64,000 nucleotides of DNA, taken from Podospora anserina. Its lineage: Eukaryota. Shown here one piece after another: positions 12,388 through 24,400 of this stretch (its first letter is position 1; every line of letters starts with the position of its first letter). Below the pieces are notes generated by a model that had not been told where the DNA came from, ran no database searches, and saw only the letters and a program-made list of their open reading frames with translations. Location of the stretch: assembly GCA_017654855.1 (NCBI GenBank), contig CM030334.1, positions 496,001 through 560,000 on the forward strand, written 5' to 3'. The translations under genes were made by a program, and so were the position numbers.

Positions 12388-12987
12388 TGTGAGCGGTGAT
12401 CCTCAAGGCAGGCGGTTTTCCGCGGTAGAGGGAAGACAGCCGGGGTAGCTGCTGACAATGAGGGTGTGTAACTCGGAGGCCAGTAAGACAACAGAGTTGC
12501 CAGTTTATGTACCGGTAGAGGGCACCCTGGCGCCGCCGGTGAGGTGGGTCTGAAGCAGAATTTTGGAGTGAATATCTAAGGTGAATATGGATGTAAAGCG
12601 AACATTCGGAGTGAATAAGGTCAAGAGAGCAACTCGAAACGTTGTTCCGTCCCAACCACCCACCCAAGCAACCAACAAACACAAGCTGTGTGCGCACAAT
12701 CTTCATAGAAGGCGCAGAGTGGTCACGACCGAGAACACATTTAAACAGAGAAAAATTGCTGCTAATGTCTCAGAGCCCTCGTGGTAGAGAAAGGTCAGCA
12801 AATTGGAACTCGGGATGGGATGTTTGATTGTTTCATGATAACCGGGCATCCTGTGCACCTTGCCAACTGAAAAACCACCTGACATCCCAGGTCAGCCAGA
12901 TCGAGTATCTTGCATCCCGTCACACTTGTCGGTGTGGTGGACTTTCCTTTTTCACATGTCGATGATGGCATAGGGGACCTCTCCTAT

Positions 12988-13845
12988 TTATGCACTATTC
13001 TGATATAGCGGACAGACCTCCACTTCTCTTTGCCAAAGAGCCCAAGGTCTCCTGACGGTGTCCTCGCACATTTCCGATGCCGCCGTGGCTTCTGCTTTGC
13101 TCAAGAAATGAATACCTGGATCTGCACCGGTCGGAAAGGTGCCTACCACGGCCATGGCGGCATTTTGCATGATGATGGCCTCCTTTTGCACCGCGGCATT
13201 TTGGGCCGTATATATCGCCTGGAAGACGACATTTTGTAGGTTGGAGGCCACAGTAGTAAAGCCGTGTCCTCTCATGAGCACCACGGTTGTTTTCGTATCG
13301 ATAAACTTGTAGGCCAATTTCCGGCCCAGAAACTCGTCTTTGACCAGCAAGCCGCTGCTCCCACTCCCATCATCTGGTGGATTTTCGGAGTGAGCCGGCC
13401 CCAGCCTCATCCCCTCATGATTCCTGGTGTCAAATACAGGGCATCCTTCAGGGCGGAGGAAACCAGCGAGGTGGATACACGGCCGTAGTCGTACTCGATT
13501 GATGGTGAATGGCAACACAGCCTGACAATGACTGTGCACAATGGCGTTGACACTCGGGTACTGCCTGTAAATTTCCGAGTGAATGAACCTTTCGCTAAAC
13601 AGCTGATTTTGGTTTGACGTGTCTGTCGGCTTGGCCCCGTCGATGGTCAGGGTTATCAGATCATCAGCGCTGGAGACCAAGGCAGGGGCCATGCTGCGGG
13701 ACATTATGAAGGTATCTCTCATTAGGGGATTTCGAACAGAGAGGTGGCCGTACGCATCGAGAACACGGTGGTAGTGGAGGATATGAAGGGCCGTGATGAA
13801 GTCGTGTTCGAGCCGGTCGAACTGACGCTCGTTGAGCGTCTCCAT
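12988..13845 (-). CDS. Class II aldolase/adducin-family metalloprotein
   Basis: VLDAYGHLSVRNP, SERFIHSEIYR, IVHSH and VVLMRGHGFT (Zn-binding His residues). The likely start is METLNE at 13845; the ORF-track start at 14007 is probably over-extended. Confidence 0.9.
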   Translation of the reverse strand: METLNERQFDRLEHDFITALHILHYHRVLDAYGHLSVRNPLMRDTFIMSRSMAPALVSSADDLITLTIDGAKPTDTSNQNQLFSERFIHSEIYRQYPSVNAIVHSHCQAVLPFTINRVRLRPCIHLAGFLRPEGCPVFDTRNHEGMRLGPAHSENPPDDGSGSSGLLVKDEFLGRKLAYKFIDTKTTVVLMRGHGFTTVASNLQNVVFQAIYTAQNAAVQKEAIIMQNAAMAVVGTFPTGADPGIHFLSKAEATAASEMCEDTVRRPWALWQREVEVCPLYQNSA

Positions 13846-14429
13846 AGGGGCCGTTGTCAGTTTCTGCACCTGGCCGATGAGTTTATCTCGGGAGTTGGAT
13901 GAGCAAGGGATGGGAAAGCAAAGTGAAGACAACGAATGTCTCGGATGACGACGCCATCTGGGGACCGGAAACCTGGAAAGCTGAGGCCCTGTCCAGCACA
14001 CAGACATGAGCAGAGCGCAAACTTAATCTCATGTTGGGTGTCTGTATGTCGTCATCCCGGTTTTCGAGGCCATGACTGAAAAGCTTTGCGTGCGTATGTG
14101 TAGCCGGCGGCACGAAAGGAAGATGTTATTATCAGAACCCTAACCCTTGCGCGATTCGACCCCCACCATTCCCCACTTTACCCCCACCTTTGCTTTCCAA
14201 CTCTCGACTCTGAGCTTTCAGATTGGAGCTTTCAAGTAATTTTACAAGAACAAACCGTGGCCAATCCAACAACAACGTCTGGGTTAATTATCAGCATCTG
14301 TCATTTGCAATCATCACTATAGACTTTCAGCTTTCTACTCCATATGACGTTGCATTTATCGGTTGGCCGATGATCTCCTGAGTCTGTGACGTTCGAGCCT
14401 CATCTCTTCCTGCAGCACATCTGCCCCAC

Positions 14430-16767
14430 ATGGCGCCTCGACCAGCTCGACGAAGCGCGAGGGGTGTGAGGAAAAACTACAATGAGGCAAGCAGCATTGT
14501 GCTCGATGACGACGAGGAGCCGATTCAGGTCCCGGATAACGACAGGGATATCGACGACGACTTTGGTTCCGGATCCAACGGTGTACCTGACTTTGACGGA
14601 GACGGCCATGGCGCAGACGATGACCCTAGAAGCGATGGCGATGAGGTAGACGAGGATGGGAATCCAAAAACGACCACAGCTTCAAAGTCCCAACAAAAAG
14701 GGAAGCGGAATGCCGGTGCCGGCATGATACAGTCTCGCAAAGGCTTCCACGACATCCCCCACTACCCTTTGGAAACGCGCATCGTGACCCGCGTGTATGC
14801 CGGTCCGCTTAGACGCTATGCTCGCTATTCGGCCCTCAGAGATTCCATGTACGGTCCTGAGATCCCTCGCATCAGAGTTATTTGGGCTTTGGAAACCAAA
14901 TGGAGCGCCTTCCCCGTTCTGCCTCCCAAAGCCGGCGCTTCAGAAGTCAGAGGCATCATGCCGAGCCCTTGGGTTCCGCAAGGCTTTGAGAAGAACCAGA
15001 CATTAGCAGCATCAAAGTGGTATGAGGGGTACCACCTTCATTGTCCCGTTGAGGAGCTCCAGGTCTGCCATCACGTTGCCGCCCACCAGGGGGAAAGTCT
15101 GGTACCAAACGCAAATGGAGAGCTGGTGGCGCTGCTGGGGCCATGGGATCGCCAGCGAGAGTTCATTCTGCCTCGGCGCGGAAGCTTGGAGATAGCAGAA
15201 AACGGTTCGCCATTTACAGAGGATGATATCGTCACAGATGGTGAAGAAGCTCGATCGAGAGGGTGGATGATTGATGTTGGGGGCATTCCTCTGGCAATAG
15301 CTTGGGCACCTTTCTTCCTCAGGAACAACAGACAGGTCCTTGCGGTAGCTACCATCCCTTTCTCGGACCAAGATTCGTCCCTCGTCGTCGAAGAGAATTC
15401 CGGCAACCATAATGCTACTTCGGAGATCCAAGGATCTGTCCAGTTTTGGGAATTCGCTGCTGAAGAAGACAGCAGCAAGGAAGGGATGGCAACGCCTGCC
15501 AAACGACCTTCCCGTCTTCTGGGGGCAAAGTGCTTTTCGTGGGGCCGGCCCAAGCGTATGCAATTTTGTCCAGTCCCCATGGACGAGTCCGCGTCGCCTT
15601 CAACCAACGGCATTCTTGCTGTGCTGTGCAGCGATGGAAGAGTCCGCGTCATAGATTGTAAGGCGATCCATGAAGATCAAGTACCCGATTACGGTTCGTG
15701 TTGCCCCAAATAGTTCGGCCCAAGACGAGTGCTAACCCGTTACAGCTTGTATGGAGGCACCGATGGTCACGTTTGGACAGGACAATGACTACAACGTTGA
15801 GGTTACCTGCCTAACCTGGGCTAACACGAACCGCCTCGCGCTTGGTCACAGTGATGGATCAATCACGCTGTGGTCAGTCTATCCCAAGACGCTGCTGCAG
15901 CGCCACGGTGCTCACACGACCTACGTTATCGACATCTGCTCGGCCTATCCGTCGAATCCATATCTGGTCGCCTCCGTCCCCGTGGGCGGCTGCGCGACTT
16001 TGACCGACATGTCACACCCCAGCTCCGAGTTCACCTACTTCCCGGTTCCGGCGATTAGCTTCCAGCCCAATCTGCTCTGTTGGAACGAGTCGATGCAAGG
16101 CTTCATGGCGCTGTACCCCTCGTCCACTCCCAACACCACCATTGCGTTTCTCCATCATCGCTTCTTCGCCCAGGCCCGCAGCATCTGCACCGGTCCCAAC
16201 ACGCTAACCTGTGTCTCGGTTGGCACGACGCACCCTTTTATTCTTGTCGGCTGCGCAGATGGGTCGGTCTTCGCTTGCAACGCACTGCAGAAGTTGTTTA
16301 AGCAGAAAGGGGAACCACTGAGGAAACTCAAGATCTTTGAGCATGAATACAGACCAGTCGTCGCTACTCGGAGTAGCCAGGGCAATTCCATCCGCGGTGC
16401 AGTTCGGATACTCCAGGGATACTTGCCCGAGGTCAACGATGACCCGCGAACAGAAAAGAGAAAAGAAATGGACCGTAAGAAGAGGTTGGAGAGGGAGAAA
16501 AAGAGCAAGTACACAGCCAGCGGGAAGAAGAAGGGTAGGCCCAAGAAGAATGCTGGTCTCGAACCTGAACAGCCTGAAGAGGAGCACGACCTTGAAGGGG
16601 AGCTGCAGGAAAAGCTCGCGTCCAGGGTCGTAATCCACGAGCCACTGACCAGAGTCACGGCCGTTGCGTGGAACCCGAATACTAACTTCAGTTGCTGGGC
16701 TGCCAGCGCCATGGCTTCCGGCATCATCAAAGTCATGGACCTGGGCGTGGAAGACTTCAGAGCGTAA
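14430..16767 (+). CDS. WD40-repeat protein, probable RNA polymerase III factor TFIIIC subunit (Tfc6/Sfc6-like)
   Basis: Two large exons joined by an intron ~15693-15745 (GTTCGT...GCTAAC...CAG). Acidic/basic N-terminus, WD-like repeats (LAIAWAP, VTCLTWA...LALGHSDGSITLW, ILVGCADGSV, VTAVAWNPN...WAASAMASGIIKVMDL) and a KKGRPKK AT-hook-like motif. Confidence 0.75.
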
Positions 16768-17380
16768 AGAGCTCAAGAGCCAGAGACTCGGCGAAATCAC
16801 TCTCAGCATGGACCCTGCATACGGCTCATGAAGAGCCCCTGAATTGAGGTCGGATCGACGGGATCGAGAGTTGTGGAAATCGAGAATGGCCGTGTCGCAG
16901 TCGGCGTTCAGGGGCAGTCGCAGACGGGCTACGGGGTCGGAGCCGGCGACCGGGGTGGGTTGGCCCAGATGGTTCGCTGTTCAGGTACCGGACTCGCAAG
17001 CCCCGCAAAATCCCATGCTATCGAGAGCAACCTTCCGGAACCGTTCTTGAAAGGCCGTGGATTGCCAATGAAGATCTGGCCGGTTCCAGTTGAGCTCAAG
17101 TCTACAGTGGGTGTGCCTTTTTTTGACCTCATGAATGATACTCTGGCGAGCTACGTGCTTGCTGCATTGCAACAAGCAAGCACCAGTAGCAACGGTTTGT
17201 CAGTGTCGTGCTACCCTCCACATGCACCTTTGTCTCCCAATGTAACCTCAAACTCGGGCAGTTTGAAGTTTATGCTCTCGACACTCGAGATGCCCGGGAA
17301 AACACCACACCACCACCAGGCCACGGAACAATTGTCAAACGGCCAAACGGTTAGACGGCTTCCCGGGTAAGAGCGGGCTG

Positions 17381-17404
17381 TCTCTCTCTCTCTCTCTCTC
17401 TCTC
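17381..17404. repeat. (CT)n microsatellite
   Basis: Uninterrupted TC run. Confidence 0.9.
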
Positions 17405-17726
17405 GGAGGAAATACCCAAATGCCACCCTTCGGAAGGTGAAATGGGAAATTAGTTGCATTATCAGTGCTGCCCCTGGTCTACTTCGGTTGGATGATGAGC
17501 TATTTGGTACTTTGCTATGCAAATTAGATATGTTCAATATGCATACTCTCTGTATGTGTCTGGTGTATGTACGCGTCCTTTTGTCTTGTGGTTCGTTCGT
17601 CGTGATGAAGTGGTATCCAGTAACATGCTTCCATCAATACCCTCAAATTTCCTTTTTCCAAAAATAGTTTTATTTTTGGCGATGTCTTCTTCTCCTCTCA
17701 TGCTTGCGTCCTGAGTTGAGCCGAGA

Positions 17727-19273
17727 TCATGAAGCACACAATGCTCCGACACCGGTAGAATGGTGAAAGTCAAAAGCCTTTGTCATTCCGTATAAATGCG
17801 AGGCCGCGGCAAGCAAGACAAAGAGGTGGAAAAGCTGATGAGAACTTCCAAAGATGTCAAACTTTCCTGGGAAGCGACGCTCTGGGAAACGAGCCTATTC
17901 CATGTCTTTTCGTCAGTCTTCAACCTCTCTTTCCCTGTCCGCACCGATCTTGGTAACACAGGGAGTGCACCCGCAAACAGGAGAATACTGACCGCATATA
18001 GGAACGCTCCAAAAATATACAACGCCCCTTGGAAGATGACCCAGTTAAGACCCATTCTTTTGTTAAGCTCGTCGTATGTGTAGAGAGTGATTAACGCATG
18101 GATAATAGGCAATACCCCTGAGAGACCCAAAGACACGAACATGAGGGCACGGTAAGGCCTCCAAGCGGGAGTGCGGAAGTGGTCGAACCACGATACCATG
18201 ATGCAGCCAGAGCCTAAGAGGCAGATCTGTATCGGTTCAGTCAGCTTCTCTTCAACGTCAAAACACCAAACACCTTCCCCCCTATCCAACCGTGCCCCTT
18301 TTTCGTCCAACAAGTGTTCCCCCATCCCTTCCTTACTTTTTCACAGTGACCCCTATTTTCAACGGCACCGCGCCTTTCCCCTGGCTATCTTGCGAACAAC
18401 GCCACCAAAACCTCAAGCGAGAACACTATCACAACAACTCGAGTGAGAAGCCCCAGGTCTCTAGCGAGATGACTTCCAAAGGCTCAAGTGAGAGCGACAC
18501 TGTTCCCCTCCTTATACAGATTTCCCCCATAACCTGACCAACAAGCACACACATTTCCCCTTCCATCTTTGCACAATCCCAGCCCAATTCTTCAAAACAG
18601 CACTTTCCCCTCTATCTACCTTATGTCCCCCCGCACACGTCCTACGAAACAAAAGACCCTCAAGAAAAAACGAAGAAAAACTTACCGCTCCCAGATACAC
18701 CGTCAGCTTCCCAGGCTCGCACCAAAACCCATACCACAGCGCCGGCACGTAACTCCCCACTATCAAGAAAACGATGCCGGTGTAGTCGAGCTTGTTCCCC
18801 CACTTGGCCACCTTGTCCGAGTGGTTGCTAATCGCATGGTACGTCGCGCTCATCCCCAGGCACAAGAAGGCGCCCGCGAAAAAGCAGGAAAACACCAAGA
18901 TGTCGGCCGAGGAGGCGGTGTCAAAGCGGGGGTGGATCAAGCGATACAGGTATGCGGCCAGAATGACGGAAAAGAAGGCGCCGAGGAGGTGAGACCAGAT
19001 GTTGACTGATTCGTTGTGGAGGTAGAACAACGACCTGAAGGAGGCGCGGAAGGAGTACGAGGTTGGGCGGTAGCCGCGGAGGATGGAGGGGTTGTCGCGG
19101 CGCCATGGCTCAAGTTGGTCGAAGAGGAGGAGTTCGAGCCTGTGCTCGATGTCGGTGGCGGTTTGGACGATGGTTTCGGTGAGGGAGGGGCGGCGTTTGC
19201 GGAGGCCGGAGCCGGTGCCGGTGCCGGAGCCTGGACCGGTGGTGGCGGGATTTTGTTTGGCGGGGCCGGGCAT
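17727..19273 (-). CDS. PAQR/haemolysin-III family membrane protein (IZH/adiponectin-receptor-like)
   Basis: WRRDNPSILRGYRP, LHNESVNIWSHLLG, SATYHAISNHS, KLDYTGI, PGKFDIFGSSHQLFH, ending ...GALCAS*. Introns lie at 18227-18685 (459 nt) and 17895-17992. Confidence 0.93.
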
Positions 19274-20071
19274 GGCGGTTGAAGGGACGGCTGGTCGGCT
19301 GGCTGACTACCTACCCACTTTGGTGTGACAAGTGTTACTCTGGAGGTGCTCAGAGGCAAGAAAAGGGGCATGTAACGATATTTTGCATTTGTTGTGAGAC
19401 TGGCTTCTGGGTTACCATCCGATCTTTACTTGATTTTATGTCTCTGTTCATGAACATACATATCGCTGTTCTGCGGGATGATGACGACGACCAGATAGAC
19501 CAAGAATCCATTCCCTGCCAACAATGCTTCAAGATGGCATGGTTTGATGTGCTGTCTGGGCGTGGTTTTGTTGGGATTTCGAGTCGTTTGAAGGCTGTCC
19601 ACCTGGCAGAGGTTGAGCGAGATCCACAATAAATGCCGAGGCCGCCGCAAACTGGGAGGAGCCGTTTGCATGTGGGAGCAGTTGCCAGCTTCAGCGGTCT
19701 CTACCGTAATTGACCCCGCTGTTAGTAGCTGCCTGCCCGTGCACCGCAGAGCACTAACGGGGTGTGCCATACTCCATAGGTACGTAGGGATAGGTACTCA
19801 ACACCATCGATGGCCTCGACCCCCCAGGCTCCCCAACTCAACCTCTCAGAAATTCACAATGACGCGGCCCAACTTCCTTTACCCAGCCAAAGGTCCAACC
19901 AATATTTACCAGCTACCAGCAGATTATCCCTTTACCAAAAGTCACCGTTCACAGTGCTACCATTTCCGTTCGCTTTCATTCCGCGGTTCGCTGTTCGCTT
20001 ACCTGTCCTTTCTCTCAAATCGCTTCCAGCAGCAAACGGATGTTCGATGCCGATCAATTGCACGGCATCAC

Positions 20072-20687
20072 AATGAAAAGCTCTAGCCCCAACGGAGACC
20101 GATCCTCCATCCTGACCAAAAGCAAATATCACGGCATTTCTCACCCTCAACGCCCGCAGGTGCACACCAACCACCAGCTCTTCCCAAAAACTCAACGCAA
20201 CGGTGTCATGTCCCTGGCATATTACCTGCAGACCCCGATAGTGAATGTGGGCACACAAATGGAACCATACACTGATGAGTCGGGTCTCGCCCCAGAGCAG
20301 TGTCGTCTTCGTTTCCTGGAAACAGATTACCTCTGGCAGAGAAGCTCGGGCGTTGCTACCAGCTGTTCTTATTACACGCCACTGTCTCCAGATACCCGGA
20401 TCAACGAGAACCACGGTCAACTCTATTTCTATTCTTGGACATGCCAAAAAGTTCCCTGTGGAACCCTTCCATATGATGACCAACGACGACAAGTGTCAAC
20501 TTCAGACTACCAGTCGGTTGTGGTGATGGCTTCAAAGATCGCATCGCCAACATGCGCCAAAGTGAAAGTGCAAATGCACTCCATCTCTTTCATAAGAGCC
20601 GATGCAGTGCGGCTTAAGAACCGCAGCATTTCACATTCTCATGCCCGTTTTCCCGGCCAGCCCTTTGGTCTTGGCTATCCGATGTAA
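20072..20687 (+). CDS. Possible orphan ORF (~200 aa)
   Basis: Open frame from an ATG near 20072 to TAA at 20685-20687. It contains no recognisable motifs and may be non-coding. Confidence 0.2.
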
Positions 20688-21433
20688 CAGCTTTGAATCG
20701 AGTCTCCTGTCTAGTGGACAACTACCGCCATCGCGCGTGCGGGCTAGGGAGTGAGAGCCAGCGTTCTCTCTGGAGGTTGGGTGAGGAGAGGACTTGGAAA
20801 TCACGACGGTGTCGGTCCAAAAATAGCAAGGCTCCTCCCGCAACTTTGTGTTCAGAGTCAACTCGGTTTATTGCGGCCTTGGACCGCCGATGACCCAAAC
20901 TGGCTTGACTACGCTATGGATATAGGCACAATTATTCACAGTGCAACCTTACTCTGGGGTTGTTCACTTATCGTCGTGTCTGGGCGCCTGACCGAGACTG
21001 GCCCATGGCCAAACGACGCCTGTTGACGGCCCCGGATAAATAAGCCGAACCATATCGCCATTTGGCTCTCACCCTCGTTGCTTCATCTATTCCATATTGC
21101 TCACAGATTGTCGCCACCAAACTCACCTCCACAGCATCAACCACATCACAGCTTCGGGCGTTCCTCGCGTTGTTCTGGGAGCGGGGCCGGTGCGTCGATA
21201 TCATTGCAGGCTTCTATTAATACTCTCACCGGGGGTTGTGGTGAAGATGGCGACACTGGATATGCCATGGCGAAACGGGTGACGGGCAGGGGACGGGAGA
21301 AGGCGAGGATTGTGTATATCAACACATGGGAACCGCCACCTGATCCGGGCTCTTGAGATACACGACGTCAATCGTGAACCCTCAGGAGTCGACAACGATA
21401 TCTCCCCCTCAAAACCAGCTCCGCCGCCACATC

Positions 21434-24400
21434 ATGGCCGGATCTGTCTTCGCCCTGTCCCTTCTCGGCCTGGGCGCCGTTCAAGCTGCTCCATCGGCCC
21501 CGACTGTGGAGACTCGGCAAATCTGGATCGGAGATGGTGGAGGCGTGTTCTGGCCCGGCCCCGATCAACCCATTGCACCCTGTCTCGAGAACGGCTCCGG
21601 CGCCCCTCAGGCTCCATGCCTCCTCCCACCTATCCCTGGTGATGTTACCCTTCCACCCGGATTCTACCTCCCTCCCAAGGACAAGAGAGACGCCGAGTCG
21701 GTCGATAAACGTCAGATTTGGATTGGCGATGGCGGATCCCAGTTCATCCCAGGACAAGGCCCTCTCAAGCCTTGCTTGGTGACGATCCCCCTCAAAGGTC
21801 AGCCGCCGTGCTTGTTGGGACCAATCCTCACCGTGCCCAAGAACAAGAGAGGCGTCGAAGCCCGCCAGACACTCATCATCGGAGGCCCTCCGGGCTCTTT
21901 GAACCCTGGCAACCCAGGCCTTCCCGGGGGTGGCATGCCCGTCTGCCTGCCGTCTGTGCCGCTTGACCAGCAGCCTCCATGCATGCTTCCGCCCATCAGC
22001 GGCGGCGGTGGCGGGCTCATCCTGCCTCCCAACTGGCCTGCCCCGAGTTTCCCGCCCAAAGAGAAGCGGGAAGCCGAGGCCCCTAAGCCACCCAAGCTTA
22101 CCCTCCCGCCTGACTATGCGACCAACACCAAGCAGGTGATTGTGCGACTGGAGGCCCGCCTCGTCGCCTTGCAGAATAAAAAGTACAAGACCAAGCAGGA
22201 CATCGAGTTGATCAAGGATCTCAAGGAGGCTCTGCTCTACTTGGCCGGCATCACCAACATCTCAGCACCCCCTGGAACCGGTACTTCTTTTACCCCAGGA
22301 AAGCGCAGCGAGGACGTCTTCCAGCTCCTGCCCCCCGACTACATCACCAACACCAAGAAGGTCATCGAGACGCTGCAGAGGGAGCTGATCGTCCTGCAGA
22401 ACAAGAGGCGCAAGACCAAGGATGACATCGCCAAAATCCAGGCTATCAAGGATGCGCTTCTCTACCTGGCCGGCATTACTCACATTTCAGCCCCCCCCGG
22501 GTCTGGCAGCACCTTCACTCCCGGGAAGCGTGATACCTTCAAGCTCCCCCCTGACGCCACGACCAACCCCAAGAGGGTGATCGAACAGCTGGAGAAGGAG
22601 CTGATCGCCTTGCAGAACAAGAGGCACAAGACCAAGGAGGATCTCCAGCTCATCGCTGATTACAAGGCAGCTCTCCTCTATCTGGCCGGCATCACCAATA
22701 TCTCGGCCCCCCCTGGATCCGGGAGCACCTTCACTCCCGGCAAACGTGATGTCTTCAAGCTTCCCCCCGATGCTACCACCAACCCCAAGCGCGTCATTCA
22801 ACAGCTTGAGACAGAGTTGATCGCCTTGCAGAACAAGCCGAACAAGACCAAGGCCGACTACGAACTCATCGCCGACTACAAGGCCGCACTTCTTTACTTG
22901 GCCGGCATCACCAACATCTCGGCGCCCCCCGGGTCAGGCTCCACTTTTACCCCTGGCAAGCGTGATGCCGTGTTCAAGCTTCCCCCTGATGCTGCCACGA
23001 ACCCCAAGAAGTTCATTGTGCAGATCGAGAAGGACCTTGTGCTTCTCCAGAACAAGAAGAACAAGTCCAAGGCGGACCTCGAGCTTATTGCTGCCTACAA
23101 GGCTGCCCTCCACTACTTGGCCGGGATCACCAACATCTCGGCCCCCCCTGGGACTGGAACGAGCTTCACCCCGGGCAAGCGCGACGTGATCTTCAAGCTC
23201 CCGCCTGATGCTGCTACCAACCCCAAGAAGTTCATTGTTCAAATTGAGAAGGACTTGGTGGTCCTGCAGAACAAGAAGAACAAGACCAAGGAGGATTACC
23301 AGCTGATTGCTGCTTACAAGGCTGCTCTTAAGCACCTTGCCGGCATCACCAACATTTCCGCGCCGCCTGGGTCAGAGACTTCCTTCACTCCCGGCAAGCG
23401 CTCGCCTGTGGTTGATGTCAATGCCGTTGGCGCTTATGAGAAGCTTTGCCCCAACATCAAGGGTGCCCAGGATGCCCTCCAACAGATGCTGCTCAAGGAC
23501 CAACTCACTGCCGAAGAGATGGTTGTCGTCCGGGCGCTTATCAACTTCCTCAGGGGATGCGGCGTTGAGCCCGGCGAGGGTCCCAGTTATGGCCCTATCT
23601 TGACGGTTCCAAAGCGCAACACCCCGGTGCTCTCTGCCGAGTTCGACCTTGCCGGTCTCGAGGAGGCCTACAAGGAGCTTCTCACCACAGCACAGCTCGC
23701 TACTGCTGCCGGCCAGCCCTCCTTCGCCAACTGGATCACTCTCTCCACCATTGCTGACATCCTCGAGCTGTATGGCGTGAAGGTCGACCGCTCCCTTCAC
23801 GTTCTCACCCCTCTGCCGAAGCGCCAAGCCGACAGCATCACCATTGGTGGCCGGACCTGCAAGGTGATTGACATTCTTGGCCTCCGCGCTGCCCTTGCGG
23901 CTCTCCAGATTGCCTACGGTGAGGACGTCACCAAGGCTCCCACCACCATCTTCCTCATTCAGCAAGTCATTGTCACCGCGCTTCAACTCTGCGGCCAGTC
24001 AGTTCCGGGCTGGACCGTCATCGTCCCTGGCAATCCCGTCCCTGGTGGTCCCATTGTTCCCCAGCCCACTGTCCCCGGCGGACCTTTGGTTCCCGAGCCA
24101 AACGTCCCCGGGTCGCCTGTCGTTCCCCAGCCCACAATCCCCGGTGGTCCTTTGGTTCCTGAGCCATACGTCCCCGGCGCGCCCATCGTCCCTCAGCCTA
24201 CCATTCCGGGTGGTCCACTCAAGCCTTCGGACAAGAGGCAAGCTCCTGGTCTGAGCAACGCGACAGAACTTCTTGCTGCGCTCAACATCCTCGAAAAGGC
24301 ATACGGCACATACGGCAGCGGGACAATCCCGGTGCCTGTTTGGTTGATCATGGTGAATTTGGTGACGATTCTGCAGACGATTCCGGGAACGGTGGTGCCC

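Noticed and set aside
7310-13845. TauD + GT2 + aldolase as a biosynthetic gene cluster
   Set aside because: All three are on the same strand, but there is no backbone enzyme, transporter or regulator, and TauD is well explained by sulfur scavenging.
21353-21433. ORF-track N-terminal extension of the polyprotein
   Set aside because: It starts at a non-ATG codon; the ATG at 21434 has a good context and directly begins the signal peptide.
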